Shown: positions 39,831-53,957, numbered from the stretch's first letter. The stretch is DNA of 62,679 nucleotides from Toensbergia leucococca (GCA_022813965.1 JALDZS010000144.1:1-62679), one strand, 5' to 3'. Notes: generated from the sequence alone by a model not told the origin. Numbers and translations are program-made.

Positions 39831-41067
39831 ACATGCTATTCTAAATTGCGTTACCTATTATTATTAAATAAATAGCGGCACTTGGTGGATGTACCTTAAT
39901 CCTGCCACCCCCTACTCCGTATATCTTCCCACCTGGCCATGGCACTTTTTTTCGAATCATTGAATCATTATTTCTTGTTATTGCATGCAGGCATAGCTTC
40001 TAGAGGTAGATCAGTCAATGATAAGATACTTGCGGCCTTTACGGAGGGTCTCAAATTGAAAAATTGATAGCATTTGGAGGAATGTCAGTGAAGTAAGTGA
40101 CTGAAGAGAGTGAAGGTAGAATACCACTTTATGTAGGTTCTGCTGCCTATTCTATTCAAGCCACTGAGCCATCATGCAATACCTAAGATACCATCAGTAA
40201 GTAGGTACGGAGTATACATGTATTAATACAGTATACCAAGCTGACCGTTTTCATCTCTGGAAGGACTACCTTAACATGCAAGCAATAAAACCAAAGCAAC
40301 AAAAGAATTAACGAAGCTCTCAATTTTATTCTTTTCGTGCTTTTTGTGCTTTTTTTCGTCTGCGACGAGTACACTCCGTTTCGAATGGCGACTTCTTGTT
40401 TCTTGGCCGAGTGCATAATAGTGGGTTGCAAATTGCATTCCTACCGTCTACTGCTAGGGGAGCTTGCTCGGCAGTAGTTGAGCTGGAAGTGAGTTATTTT
40501 GAGGCCACTGCTTCTGTAGGTCACAGCGTTGTATGTAAAGAAGTAGCAATATCCCTTATCTCGACTGCAATACTCTCCAGATATGGATTTCAGGGTGGTT
40601 CGGGAATATGCATACAGCACTTTCCTATGCTCCCATCTGTGCCTCGCAATGCTCATGTCACCTAGTATCTTTCAAGGCTCCTACCTCCCTCCGCCTTCTT
40701 CTACGCCAGAATTGGAAAGAACAGGTACTAGTACTAACAAAGGGAATTCACCGCGACAATGACTCTCCTAACACGACCACCGTGAATGTTAATTTTAAGC
40801 ACATTACACCACTACGGACCGCCGGAACACATCCAATAGCTAACAATCTGGTCAACACCTTTGTCCGAGCTGGCAGATGGCTTACTCTGTTGTACGAGTT
40901 CTCGTATCGGAGCTAACTCATTCCCAGTTTTCAACCTCATACATTCATAAGTGAAGGTGCAAACAGTTTTTCCTTTGAATTTCTCACCTCGAGCCTTCTA
41001 CCTCTCTCGTCTGAATTTCTCTAAGTCTCTACTTTCAAGTGAATTAATCTTACACCGCTACGTTGAC

Positions 41068-44000
41068 ATGGAGTCTAGACCGCCAGAACCTCCGGCTCCC
41101 AGACGTGGCAGGCCAGCTCATGCTGCACAGCAATGGATAGACGTGCCAGCGAGGCCGAGAAGATTCAACAGCAACATGGCGCAAACACGTAAGGCTCTCA
41201 ATGAAAATCCTGGTACATTGTCGTCTCCACTGACTGCTAGAATTGATTGGCCAGTGCCCAATACAAGGACCTCAGATAACCCGCCAAAATTTCATGTGTC
41301 TGATGCCCTACGCTCTACTCACTTACATCCTGGTTCTGGAGGCCAACCCGTCCAAAATCGTTTTCAACAGCTTACAATTAATGATGATGACCAAGGTATG
41401 CAGAAGATGTGACTTCATATGTTCTAAATTAGCTACCTATCATTCGCCTTTAGCATTCATTATGGCAAGTTTACGGGATCTGCAACTCGGTCTGAGCTGG
41501 CTTTGGTGGATCTTGACAAATGACAATTATCAGTACCGCTGAGCCAGATCTAAGAGTTCTCGGCAGTCCCCTCGTTCTTTTGTTGTTTTTACTTATCTCT
41601 ATGAGAGCGACGGCGAAAGGAGATAGACTACTTTACGTGAGATTCTGCTGATTCACATGGTGGTGCAGAAATAAATCCGAACTTACAGGAAAAATGGTCT
41701 CGTCATACAAGCACATCCTCGCAGCAACCTGAAGGAACACAGTCTCGAATTACAAGACCAAGGCTAGCGCAAAACCCTAGAATTCGGGAATATATGTATG
41801 CAAAGGCGACCACGACTGATCCATCGTCATGGCTGTGTAAATGCGAAATTCCGACATCAACAGAAATAAATGGAGATGAGGAGCATTCTGGAGGTGGAGA
41901 CGAGGTTGAGATACCAGTGAACAAAATTGACGGGGCCTGGGCATCGAAAGAAGAGTATCTTCAAGCTCACTATGAGCTCCTAAGAGAAGACGGTGTGTCG
42001 CCACTGCGTGACGCGGTTGATGAAGTTCGAATGGAGCCCAACCTGATGGAAAGAGATTCCCGAGAAAATGCATTCATATATGAGAAGGTATGGCTCTCTG
42101 ATTGGCTTCGATGTCTGAATTCGTTGTTGCTGAGCTTCAGCAGGTCCATATCATTGGCTTCACTTTCGCCTCAGCAGGAATAGCCGCGAGGATTACGTTT
42201 TCCTTGAGGAGAGCTGGAAAGAAGATTATATGGGGTCAATCAAAGCGCTTGATGACAGGATCTCTGATAGCTTTGACTCCAGCCGAAGACATGTTCCAGT
42301 CCATTTGCCGAGTAGCTCTCGTGGCTGCGAGGCCACTTGCAGGAGTCCAGCAAAACCCGCCTGAGATAGACATATTCTTCGGTGGATGCAGTGAAATCGA
42401 AATTGATCCTCAGCAGGAATGGGTCATAGTTGAATCGCGCACAGGCTATTTTGAATCGTACCGGCATACGCTCCGGTGTTTGCAAAAGCTTGCCGGAGAG
42501 AAGTGAAGACTACCAGATATGTAGCTGTCTGTTTAACTCTTGCTGACATTTATATAGGTTCCCGCTCTCAGAGCATGTTGTAAGCCTAGAGCAAGATATT
42601 CAAGCACCGGACTATCTTCGCGAGCAACCCTTGAAAGACTTGTCGTTTCCTTTCCCCTCAGATAGTAAGGAATTCCTTAACGTCGACATCCTTGAGGACT
42701 GGCCTGTTGATCCTCCTTCTGAATTGGATGCTTCTCAGATCGGAGCCCTTCAACGTATATTGGCCAAAAAGGTGGCCATCATACAAGGGCCGCCTGGAAC
42801 AGGGAAAACACATGTTTCCGTAGTTGCTATTCGAACACTGCTACAAAACATGACTGCCAAAGATCCACCAATCATTTTAGCAGCACATACCAATCATGCA
42901 GTTGATCAACTACTCCGGCACGTCGCTCAATTCGAACCTGATTTCATCCGGCTTGGGGGCAGAAGCACGGATCAGGAGACCATCAAACCACGGACACTAT
43001 ACGAGGTCAAACGAAGCAGTAACGCTTCGAGCAACCTCGGAGGTTTACGAGGGTCAGGTTTCAACAGGATGAAGATGTTGATCAAGGAGCTTAAGGCTGT
43101 TCTCCGGCCACTTATAGACTGCGATCAGCCCCTCCAAGCTTCGACTCTGCGGGATCTGAAAGTATTATCGGAAGCACAGTACGACTCTCTAACCAAAGGA
43201 GCTGCAGAATGGGTCAGAGCTGATCAGAAAGACAAAATAGCAGGGGTGATGGCCATGTGGCTTGGCTCAGATCTGATTGATGCAGACCGTCGAACTCTAC
43301 CAGAGGACTTTGGCAATGAAGTTGAGGAGGTCGATCTGGAATTTGAGCAATTGCAGGAATTGGAAGCCGAGGGAAAAACGAATGAAGACGACGATTACGA
43401 TACACTTAGAGGAGACCGTGTAGTGCTCAAGGAACCCTTCACAGGACGAAGACTGCCGGGCCTTACAGACCAAAAGGCCATACAACTACTTCAGAAACAA
43501 GAGAGTATGTGGGCGATACCACAAACGTCCCGTGGCGCTATCTATCAAGTTCTCCAGCAGCAAGCAAAAGAAGCAATTCGTAAAGCTTTCTGTGAAAAGG
43601 CCCAAACGTACGCAGAAATTTCGAAAGATGTAAAGATAGGTAATATGGAGATTGATTCGACGTATTTGCAACAAGCACGGATCATTGGGATGACGACAAC
43701 AGGCCTTTGTAAAAATCGGGCTCTTATTGATAGCGTCAAGCCTCGAATCGTGCTAATTGAAGAGGCGGCAGAGACCATTGAAGCCTATGTGACTGCAGCA
43801 TGTTTTGATACTCTGGAACATCTCATACTGGTCGGGGATCATAAGCAGCTTCGAGGGCACTGTAACGTACGAGAATTGGAAGGCCACCCATGGTACCTCG
43901 ATGTCTCGATGTTCGAACGCATGGTGCAGAACGGTGTTGAGTTCTCGCAAATGACCAGACAGCGACGCATGATTCCAGAGATAAGAAGAGCTTTGCAGCC

Positions 44001-45361
44001 CATCTACGCTAAATTGGAGGATCATCCATCAGTCCTCGAACGAGCACCAGTCCCTGGTATGGGTGGAGTAGATACCTTCTTCTTCTCACATAATTGGCCA
44101 GAATCCAGTGATAGTTACATGTCCAAGATTTGTCAGACCGAAGCTGAGATGATTGTTGCGTTCTTCGACTATCTTGTTCATAATGGCATGTTACCCAAGG
44201 AAATCACTGTTCTTACCTTTTATAATGGGCAGAGAAAGATAATACTGAGAAACCTGCGGAACCATCGCAATCTGTCGGGCTGTCATTTCAACGTCGTGAC
44301 CGTGGACTCCTATCAAGGCGAGGAAAACGATATTGTTTTACTATCTTTGGTCCGAAGTAACGAAACTAGGAACATAGGGTTCCTTGCCACAGAGAATCGA
44401 GTTTGTGTAGCACTATCTCGGGCTCAGCGTGGATTTTATATATTTGGTAATGCGCCTGTGTTATGTCATGCAAATTTCCTTTGGTGGGAAATTGTTCAGA
44501 TAATGGCCAGAGATCCTAGACGGGTGGGCTTTCTCTTGCCTCTTACTTGCAAGAACCATGGACAGAGGCTCTATGCGGCTAGTATGTCACTTACAGGACC
44601 GCTTTGGGACTTGTGACTGACACGCATCAAGATCCAGAATTTTTCACCGGGCTCTGCGGTGGATGCGACCTCCCTTGCCAAGCGGCGCTTCCCTGTGGCC
44701 ATACTTGCCACTTGAATTGTCATCCGTAAGCTGTCAATCCTGTTACGTGCTGGACTGTTGACTTACAAGGACTAGATTCTCCCACGACTCTGTTAATTGC
44801 CAAGCACGTTGCTGTCGAACTCTTGAATGCGGACACATATGCCTCGAGGCCTGTTTCGTCCAACCATGTATCTGCGCCTGCACTAGAGGTAAAGGTCGAG
44901 CCAATTTCAAACAATTAGAGACTCAGCCACCGACTTCGTCTTCATTTCTCCCTTTGACTAAAAAGCTGCAAAACGCCGTACTTGCTGACTCGTCGCCGCG
45001 ACTCGTCGAACTCGACGTTGAGGTTCGGGATCTCCGCGAGTTGACACAGCAGGGGCAAGCTTTCCGTGACTACGCTGAAGGGGGCCATGTTCAGCATGAT
45101 GCACAACTTCAAGCCATTGCAGAAGATGAAGCTGACAAAGAGCGCCAGAAACAAATAGTCGAGACCACGGCCCAAGGACTGTTTGGGCTTGACGTTGGTG
45201 CTGATACCAAAGACAGTGAGAATACTCCGACCTCGCCGACTTTGGTTCGTAGATTCTCGAATGGGAATGGCGGGACCAGGAGTGTTTGGGAGATGGTCCA
45301 CGGTGCTGGCAGCTTGGAAGCGATGCGAAAGAAGGCGGAAGAGGTCAGCTTGCTTGATTGA
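41068..45361 (+). CDS. hrr1: Upf1-like SF1 helicase with NF-X1-type zinc fingers (Hrr1/ZNFX1-like)
   Basis: YLQAHYELLREDGVSPLRDAV, W.QSKRLMTGSLIAL, Walker A IQGPPGTGKT, TNHAVDQLL, IEEAAE, LVGDHKQLR, SMFERM, RQRRM, TVDSYQGEENDIVLLSLVRSN, NRVCVALSRAQRG, then LPCGHTC and LECGHIC zinc knuckles. About 6 exons; the start at 41068 is inferred. Confidence 0.88.
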
Positions 45362-48300
45362 ATCACTTTGGATCCTGATGTTGGAGGATGGGTTGCAACG
45401 GTAGCAGGCTAAGTCGGCTCCGTTGATGCCCAAGGAGGTTTCGATGCTAGCGGTAGCGGAATACTAGCCGTACAGTGGTGGCCGTCTCAGGAGGTAGAGG
45501 AAGGCTCATTGAGAGCTGTAAAAGCGAATCACGAGGGTATGATGCTCAGACTTCTAGAAGATTAGGCAGGTTGAAAGCTAGCTGAATTGAAAATTGCCTT
45601 TCCTAGATGTTTTACATCACGAGTGATCGAGTGCTTATGATAATGCTACATTGAAATGAATACCTGGCAAAGCTACTTGACTTGAAGTGACTTGAGGAAT
45701 ACTCATGGAACATTGACTGAGCACATAAGGCTTTAATACTTAATGAACTAAGATTGGAGACGAGAGGCAAGGCTTGAATTATTTGATAAAATTTGTGAGC
45801 CGCGTAACAGGAAAAATTAAAACGAGAATCATCTTAAATCTTGAGCCTACTAATAATTAAATGGGCAAACAATCATGCAAAATTACATTGAATCCGTTGT
45901 TTGATCACGTATTCAACAGACTGCATTGGCCACAACAAGGCGCCCTCTCTTATTCTCAGGCTTCGGAACAGCGTTCTCATCAACGGACGGGCATTCAATC
46001 TTTTTAAAACAGACTGAGTGCAACTGCCTCGGTTGCGAACGGACGCAGGAGCAATGGATATGAATCAGGATTCTTGGGACTGAGTAGGGAGGTAGGGCGA
46101 TAGTGATGTGCAGGATTGGGCAGGGTGATGGTTCCGATGAAGATGGGGCGGCAGGTCCAATCGGGGAGGTGGACCGTTTCGGCTTCTTCCTTCTTGCTTG
46201 ATGAGTGAGCGTGTTTTTTGGGGTTTGGGAGGATTGCATTGTTCGATCTGGTGGGGGGGGTGGAGAGATTTTGCCGGGTGGGGAAAATCCTTTGACAGGC
46301 TCGACAGGTTTGATGGTGTGGATTTTGGGGGATATTTTTTTTTTCAGCTGAATCTAGCTCTGAGATACCTACCCACAGTCATTGTGTTCGTAAGTCGGGG
46401 GGCGATTGATCCGTTGGACGATGTTTTGATTATGTACGTCAACAGGATTGATCGATTTATCAGAAGGCGACGTGATCACAGCTGATTGAAGATAAATGAT
46501 GACTTCACTCTATGGTAATCGTAGAAAATGGAAGGTTGGGTAAGGCGCCCCATGGATGAGGTCAAAGTGATGATCAACTCGCTTAGAGCAACTCATTGTG
46601 ATAGCTTCATAGGGGATACCACTGATCCACTTTTAGTTACACTACTATATGTAAAACAGGGGGTACGGGAAGCAAGGCTCCATGTTCGGTGGCTTGACGC
46701 ATGATCGAATCCCCCTATCCCTGCCATGTGTGTGATGCCCCATGCATCTGGCGCTTATGCTGAAGAAACGGTCGTGCGCTGCCTACACCGCCCTTGTGGA
46801 GAAGAACGGCAAGTACATCGGTCATGCTCAAATCAAACGGCACCTTTAGCAATTCTTGATGGCTCAGCCGAAGCTTACATTGTTGGTGGAAGTCGTGACT
46901 GTGAGATTAAGCCTTGTCACATTAGCTAGGCAAGCCTATTTCAAGTGGAAAGGGCGGCTTGAACCGCTCAAAGTCCAGCTTGTTCCGCAGTACTTGTATT
47001 TGATCTGCAACAACCTGGAAGCCCTACCAGCACCCCTGAGGCGATTGCGAACACTAGTGACATCATATATTTTGAGCCAACTGTCACAGGCAACTAGACC
47101 AATGCAAGGTAAATGTTCCATAAGCAGAATAAATCAACAGAGTTTGATATCGTACATATCACCGTGGTATTGGCACGATAAGGTTAATGTCATCGCGACC
47201 TGTCATTTGAGCGCAATTCACATGCAGCAGCTCTTGCTCTCGCTTCCAACTGTCAGAACTCAGGACTCGAGAATCGAGGATCCGGGGTGCCGGCCTGTCT
47301 TTCCGCCCGATGGATGTGACCAAGGATCTAGAATAAGTGCCGAAGGCCTGGTCCCTAGCCCTGCATATCCTTGTCCTTGTATCTTCACTGGCTTCGTGTT
47401 CTTTGAATTCAACACAGCTGCCGTAGTCGAGTGTAGATATTCTAGCTTCGCTCACCTAGTAATTAGTATTGCTATTCAATATCAATACCTACCTCACACA
47501 ATACCTATCACTATCCTCACGAATAATGTTTGAACGAGAATCACTGGGATACATCTTCTCTTGAAGAAAGGATAAATGTATCTGTAGCTAGTAAGCCCCA
47601 ACAGTCTTCCATATCGGACCCTACCTCGACAATGACTTTATAATATTAAAGGTAAGACATATAGCATAGTCTCTCGGATAGGAGCAAAGCTTCTGATGTA
47701 TGATTTCACTGTGAACAAACAAGTCGAAGCTATTCGCCACAGCGTCAACATCACAAGGATTTTGACTAGATGGCTGATTATAATTCAATTAGCAAATGGC
47801 TCATTCATAGAGTAAGTCATACTACTACCGAGGAGTGAGGTTAGATAGGTGCCTTTTGCAGACTAACGAAGCTAAACATTTCACGTAAGCAAGCGAAACC
47901 CTAGTCCTAGGTGGGTTTTTTGCCCTCATTTGATAGCATAATTTGAACATTCAAGCTGTTACTTTGATCTAAAATTCAGCCTACGCTCAAATGCTACTAA
48001 GAGGGTCAGCCTGAAATTTGAACTTCAATTCAGACTGATATCGTAGAATTTGATGGTATCCTGCACGGCCAGACCATCGCCGGCAAAGCTTATGCGTATC
48101 ACAACGTGCTCATCGGCAAAAAACACCGATAGAAGTATTTTGACTGTCTGTCATAAACGCAACTAAGTCAAGTATTAAAATAAGACAATATATAAAATCA
48201 AGATAGGTATTAAAGCCGTAAGTCCATATAAGTTGAGGTTGATTCAAGAATGAACGAGCTTACTCAAAGAAGTTGAGCTTGAGTCGCAGATCATCAATGT

Positions 48301-50122
48301 GTGATTGCCTCGTCTATCCATGAACCATGTACCTACGCTTGTGCAAAGTTCAACGGCTTTTTGTCGGTACTTGAACGATCAATTCAAGCCTTGAAATCAT
48401 CCGAAGGTTTTTTGTGATTGTCGTTTAACCTGTTCACCTCGTGACACAATCATGGCGAGCCGACCAAGAGTGATAACGTCACTTTGAGTTAACACCATGA
48501 TTTGCTAAGTGACCGGCACTTGCATCAAAAGGATTCAAGTGCAAGTCTAGCCGAGATAACTGCCTGTTTGATTATAGTAAGACAGGCATAATCCTGGCAT
48601 TTCAACGGTCAGCCAGCAGCCATCACTGCTTCGCTTTGATGCACTGCAGCCTCATGTAGAATTTAAATTGTTCTTTTGCCAGTCATGTACGGAGTAAAAA
48701 GCTGTGCGTTGCAGCTTTCTCTTCCTCCCCAACTGGAAGCGAGACTTGGCACCTCGTTCTCTAGTCATGTCTTGTCATGGCATTACCACGTTTTTGGCGA
48801 GTCCAAGAGCGTGTCTTCGGCACAGATGTGATGTTGACAGGCCACGAGGTGATTGGGTTCAGCGTTTGGGCCTAGTCTCAAGTCAGGCCCTATCACGGCG
48901 CGCCGGTGGTAAATCCGCACGCCGTTGATCTTGATTCCGAAACTTGAAGTTTGCAACCGACATTATTGGTGGCTTTTTCTGGGCATTTTCTTGCAAGTCG
49001 TCATTTCAAATCCATTGATACACGAGTACCACTGGCCGAATCTTGATCGAGCGAATCCATCTGCAATCGGTGGTTCGGTAACGTGCCAATAATGCAATCC
49101 TCGATTTACTGGTATCTAATGTTACTGTACCAATAGCGCATTGAAGACGCGTCAAATGTTTTTTAATGATGATGATAATAATAACAATAATAAGCTGCAA
49201 CCGCCGAGTGATCCGTGATCCAATACCTGCAAGGATACTCACCACGTTGACACGATGTCTCGGTAATGTACATGGCTGTATCAAACCATCACCTCGCCAC
49301 TCGTCGCTGTGTTGTTGCCTTATATTTTGATTCGACGTATCACTCGTACCCTAGATTGAGTAGGTAGGTAGGTAGGTACTCGTAGAACATTGGGGGCCAT
49401 TGTCCATGACGGCATCTTCCGCACATGCTCCGGGTAATATTACCATTTGCCATTTAGATTTACCGTACCACTTGTCGAATTTCCCTGTTCCAGTTCCAGT
49501 TGCAGTTCCAGTCCCAATCAGACTCTAATAATAATCGCGTGGCCAGCGAGTAAGCAGGCTAGACCGAAAGGTAAGCTTCTCCGTCCATGCATGGCTATGG
49601 CTTGGCGCACAGATGTGAGATGATGGCCATGGCCTTCGTAATGCATCGGATAGATTAGGAGACGGCGCTGGATGTGGATGAATCAGGACTGACATTCCAG
49701 CAGCAGCGGCAGTGGCTAATATCTGCTGTGGACACTCTCCGTCATTGGTCTTTGATGGTGGAGCTGGAGCTGGTGCTGGACTACTGCTGGTCGCATTTGC
49801 TCCCTCCTGCCTCCTGGTGCTTGGTTAGTCTGTTTCGAGTCGACTAGACAAGGGGCATCACACCTCGACGGGGTCCGCACGGACTACCACACCTGCTTAG
49901 CAACCTCGTCCTAAGCTCGCAACGGCTACCCAAGTCATGGGCCCTGGAGGGTATAAGGAAGAGCCGGCGCCTGTGGCGGGCGATCCTGTGAGTACCGCAC
50001 CCTCTCACCCTGACATCCTTACAAATTCTTTGCTTCGTTATTGTTCGCTGCATACAACAAACAAACTGCCCGTGTGTGCGACCTTTTAGCTGTGCCCGTT
50101 TGAATGTCCTGTCTGCAGATAC

Positions 50123-53100
50123 ATGGTATGCTTGATTTTGCCGGCACTATGAACGCTGCTCTTCCTTGCCAATCTTTCCCCCCCCAGCGCCCCGCGTCCC
50201 CCAGTACACATAATTCTGGCATTTCTTTGGATAGCTTCCCCCCCTGTATCGCGCTTCACCACCGTCAATCTTGTAACGGCCAACACCTGGTCAACCTACT
50301 CTTTGCTTGTGTCTCTTCCGCGTCTTGCGCCCTATCATTGCCATTCCCTATTGCTTGCACAACCGTCGTCAGTCATTTAGGCTGTTGAGGCTTGATATAG
50401 GGTTACCGCCCCTCCAATACCCCAGTTCCCTCCCTTCTTCTAGTACTATCGCGTATCGATGTTTTGCACTCTGAATCCTCTTACCATTTTCCAAGTCCTC
50501 TGTCTGGTGCCGGTGTTGTGGTCCTTATAGATTTGAAGTGTGGATTTGGAGGCTCGCTCTCATTCTTGTCTAGAAACTCTTCCGCCATCATCGTCGATTT
50601 TTGATGTTTTGAGAGCGAAGAGAGAACGTCACTAATGCCAATTCTTCTATTTCGATAGCATCATCCCCATCATCCTCAGCAGGGTCCGCCGCCACAGCAT
50701 TTGCAACATCCGCGCCCATCTAGTATTGTTCAACAGCAGCAGCAGCATCCGCAATCTCCACATCAACCAGCACCAGGCCAACTTCAGGGCGCGTATGCTT
50801 CTCCACACCCATCAAATCACGGCTTGCCACTTCAACATCAGTCCCCATACACACAAGCAGGCCCTGTACCGAACGGTCAGCATCCGCCCGAGGTTGCCTA
50901 CTACGCTCACCCAAGTCCGTACGGTACTCCGGCGCCAGGGCAGTTTTCCGCATCAGGTAAGTCAAATGCAGAACATCATTGTCCTAGCATCTTTTCTTTC
51001 CCTGTCAAATAGGAGTATTCCAGCTGACTCTGTAATGCAGAAGGACCAGAACTGATGGCGGCGACACATATGCAGCGTCCGTACCCGGGCGGAGTGTACC
51101 ATACGCCTCAGTCAAACTCATCTTCATCAGTAGCTTCTCCGCAAGGCCATGATCAACATGCGCGAATATACGGTCAACCACCGCCGCAGCTACCGCAAGG
51201 GATGTATGGCTATCAATACCCCCCAATGAATCAAGTTCACCCATCCTCATATGCGCAGCACCCTGGGCAGCAGCAGCAACATCCAGCTATGACTTCGCAG
51301 CCTCTTTTGATGTCGCATCAACAAGCGCAGCAACAAATTCCGCATCAACAACCACAGGGCCAACCCCCCGGGATGAGCAACAGCCCAAGGCCAAAATTAG
51401 AACCTTCAGTAATGCAAAGACCATTACCGCTTGACCCATCAGCACTCCAAAGACCTCCGTCAAGACCCATGAACACCAATCACAGCACGCCCACTGGTCC
51501 GCCAGGCAACAGCAATGGATTGCACACAGGTCAGCCAGGTGGATCTGGGGTTAATCCGAATGCTGCACCCGGGCCAATACCAGCAACAACTCCTCTCGTT
51601 GTGCGGCAAGACAATAACGGAGTGCAGTGGATTGCATTTGAATATTCGCGCGACCGAGTAAAGATGGAGTACACCATTCGGTGCGATGTTGAATCCGTGA
51701 ATCCGGAAACCTTGACTGCGGAGTTCAAGACTGAGAATTGCGTTTACCCGCGAGCTTGTTGCCTAAAAGATCAGTATCGAGGCAATCGTCTCCTCTATGA
51801 AACAGAGTGTAATAGCGTTGGTTGGTCATTAGCAGAGCTCAACCCATGTCTTCGAGGAAAGAGAGGCTTGATTCAACGAGCAGTGGACAGTTGGAGGAAC
51901 AGTAATCAGGATCCACGGTTGCGTAGCAGGCGTGTCAGGAGAATGGCCAAGATCAACAATCGAAAACAAGTCGCGCCAAATCATCCAAATCACATGGCTG
52001 GTCCAGGTGGTCCTGGGGTCCCAAGTTCGAATCCCATGGCTGCACCTGGGCAAAGACCACCGCCGAGCACAATGAGCATGGCAGGCCCGCAGCTGCACCA
52101 TCACCATGCGCATCCGGACGGAAGCGCATCTGGTAGCACGGATGATGTTAGCGGTATGTTCCACCAGATGTAAATGTACGCGCGAGAGCACTTTTGCTCT
52201 GATGCAGCAGCTTTGCTTCAACTGCAAAGCAAGTGTATCTATGTTGCTGTAGCATAAAGATTTTCATGTATCATACTTGATTGATTTCGTTGCCCCCCTT
52301 GCAGGATGTCACCATGTGTAAGCTAACGCATTATGCCTTCATCTCTGCAGCCAATGGTGATTACGATGCTCAGCGTCAACAAGCCTCGAAAGTACATTCA
52401 GGAGTTGCACCCAACGATGTTCGGCAAAACCAGGTTTTCCATGGCTATCCGAGTTACCCAAGTAATCCTCACGTAGGCCCGGCCATTCCACCGGCCCTCC
52501 ACGATGGCATGGACTCGCTTGAAGGCCACGGCGGATCTAATACCACGGCTGTCGCCGCTTCGGTGCCCAAAAACGAAGACGAAGAGCGGAACTCTGCTCT
52601 TTTCGGCGACTTACCCGAAGCCAAACGCCGCAAATTTATCCTCGTCGACGACCCTGACCGTAATTCTCGAGTCCGGGTCCGAGTGATGCTTGACCAAGTT
52701 GAGATGAAAGAGATCCCGGATTCGTACCGCAAGACTAATTCAGTTTACCCACGCTCCTACTTTCCCATCCAGATGCAATCACCTCCTACATCGGCACGGG
52801 GCAACCGGTTCTTTGAGGATGACGACCCCGAGGGTGGCAATGGAGACGATGGACAGGCCACGAGAGGGAGAACATTGGTTCCTGTGCCAATGCTGGACGG
52901 AGCGGAGGGGGATGTTGCGGTGCCGAAGATCGGAAAGGCCAAGAGAAGGAAAGAGGCTACCATGAACGATTTGGGGTACCGGATGAGCTGGAGCCAAAGT
53001 AGAGTATTTGCAGGACGGACAATGTTCCTACAGAGAGCGCGTAAGTTCCAACGCTCAACACGTGCTTATGGGCAACGCGAATTGATTCTGACGCCAAAAA

Positions 53101-53250
53101 ACAGTAGACGCGTACCGAAACAAGATGAGAGGAACGATGATGGCTGGTGGGCAGGAAGTGTCGAACATGGCGCCGCACTTTGAAACCCGAGTTGGCAAGC
53201 GAAGGTGGCTGGATAGAGGAAAGAAGTCGAAACGAGCGGGCACGCCATGA
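50123..53250 (+). CDS. Q/P/H-rich conserved fungal protein with two related domains (DUF8032-like), possible transcriptional regulator, 5 exons
   Basis: Exons 50123-50125 (ATG only, inferred), 50659-50956, 51041-52153, 52351-53040 and 53105-53250 join in frame. Domain 1: WIAFEYSRDRVKMEYTIRCDVESV..NCVYPRA..ECNSVGWSLA..GKRGLIQRAVDSWRN. Domain 2: RVRVRVMLDQV..NSVYPRS..NDLGYRMSW..GRTMFLQRALDAYRN. Confidence 0.8.
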
Positions 53251-53921
53251 TGAGCCAGGACGGAGACATTGACCTTGCCTCCCGCCTCCTCCAATTCTCT
53301 ACGTTCCCACAGAGATTACTCTCCAAAGATCTTACAGCATGACTGGCACTTTTCATTGAATTTAAAAGCGGCCCGCCTTATACCCCATACCCTGGCTTGT
53401 ATCATTGAATCTACTTTGCTTTATTCTTGAGAGCGTACGCATATGTTTTGATAGGCTTAGCGACGTTATTTTTTTGCTTTTTCGAGGGGGGTAAAGCTGG
53501 GGAATGCGCAACACTGGAAGCATGCAGCGATTTACAATGGATACTCGATACAATTTCTTCCGCTCGTACACGATTCTGCTTGAAACACAGCTCTCTTTTT
53601 TTTCTCCATGCATTCAGCAAGCACTGGTGATAGTTTTCCTTTTCCTTCAAGGCTTCAGTGTACGAGAGCTGTGTGGTCCGGTCAATGATGGCAATTCAAA
53701 TTATAGCTTGATTTTCCTTCTGCGCGCACTTTGAACGAATTTGCTAACAAGAAATCACGGTTTCTTTCTTTGTTGATTGATATACGGGCGTGGATGATCT
53801 GACGGGGGAAACATGTGTTTGCTCGCGTGGTTTTAGAAATAGCCCCGTACCCTTGGACCCGTTGTCCACGTTTTTTTGTCTCAGACGGACATGTGGACCT
53901 CATGGGACTTAAAAAAACGTG

Positions 53922-53924
<3 letters not shown>

Positions 53925-53957
<33 letters not shown>
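53925..53957 (+). repeat. Poly(T) homopolymer, 33 nt
   Basis: Direct read of the sequence. Confidence 0.95.

Noticed and set aside
40180..40700. Possible tRNA or other structured RNA in the intergenic region
   Set aside because: No cloverleaf or paired A-box/B-box could be built. No rRNA, tRNA or snRNA was recognised anywhere in the window.
45913..47533. ORFs 45913-46239 (-) and 46856-47533 (+, 225 aa)
   Set aside because: No recognisable motifs or convincing splice structure; the long ORF has a non-ATG start. Left unannotated.
47990..48300. Protein-like fragment (IVEFDGILHGQTIAGKAYAYHNVLIG)
   Set aside because: Quickly interrupted by stops and not assignable to any family without a search.
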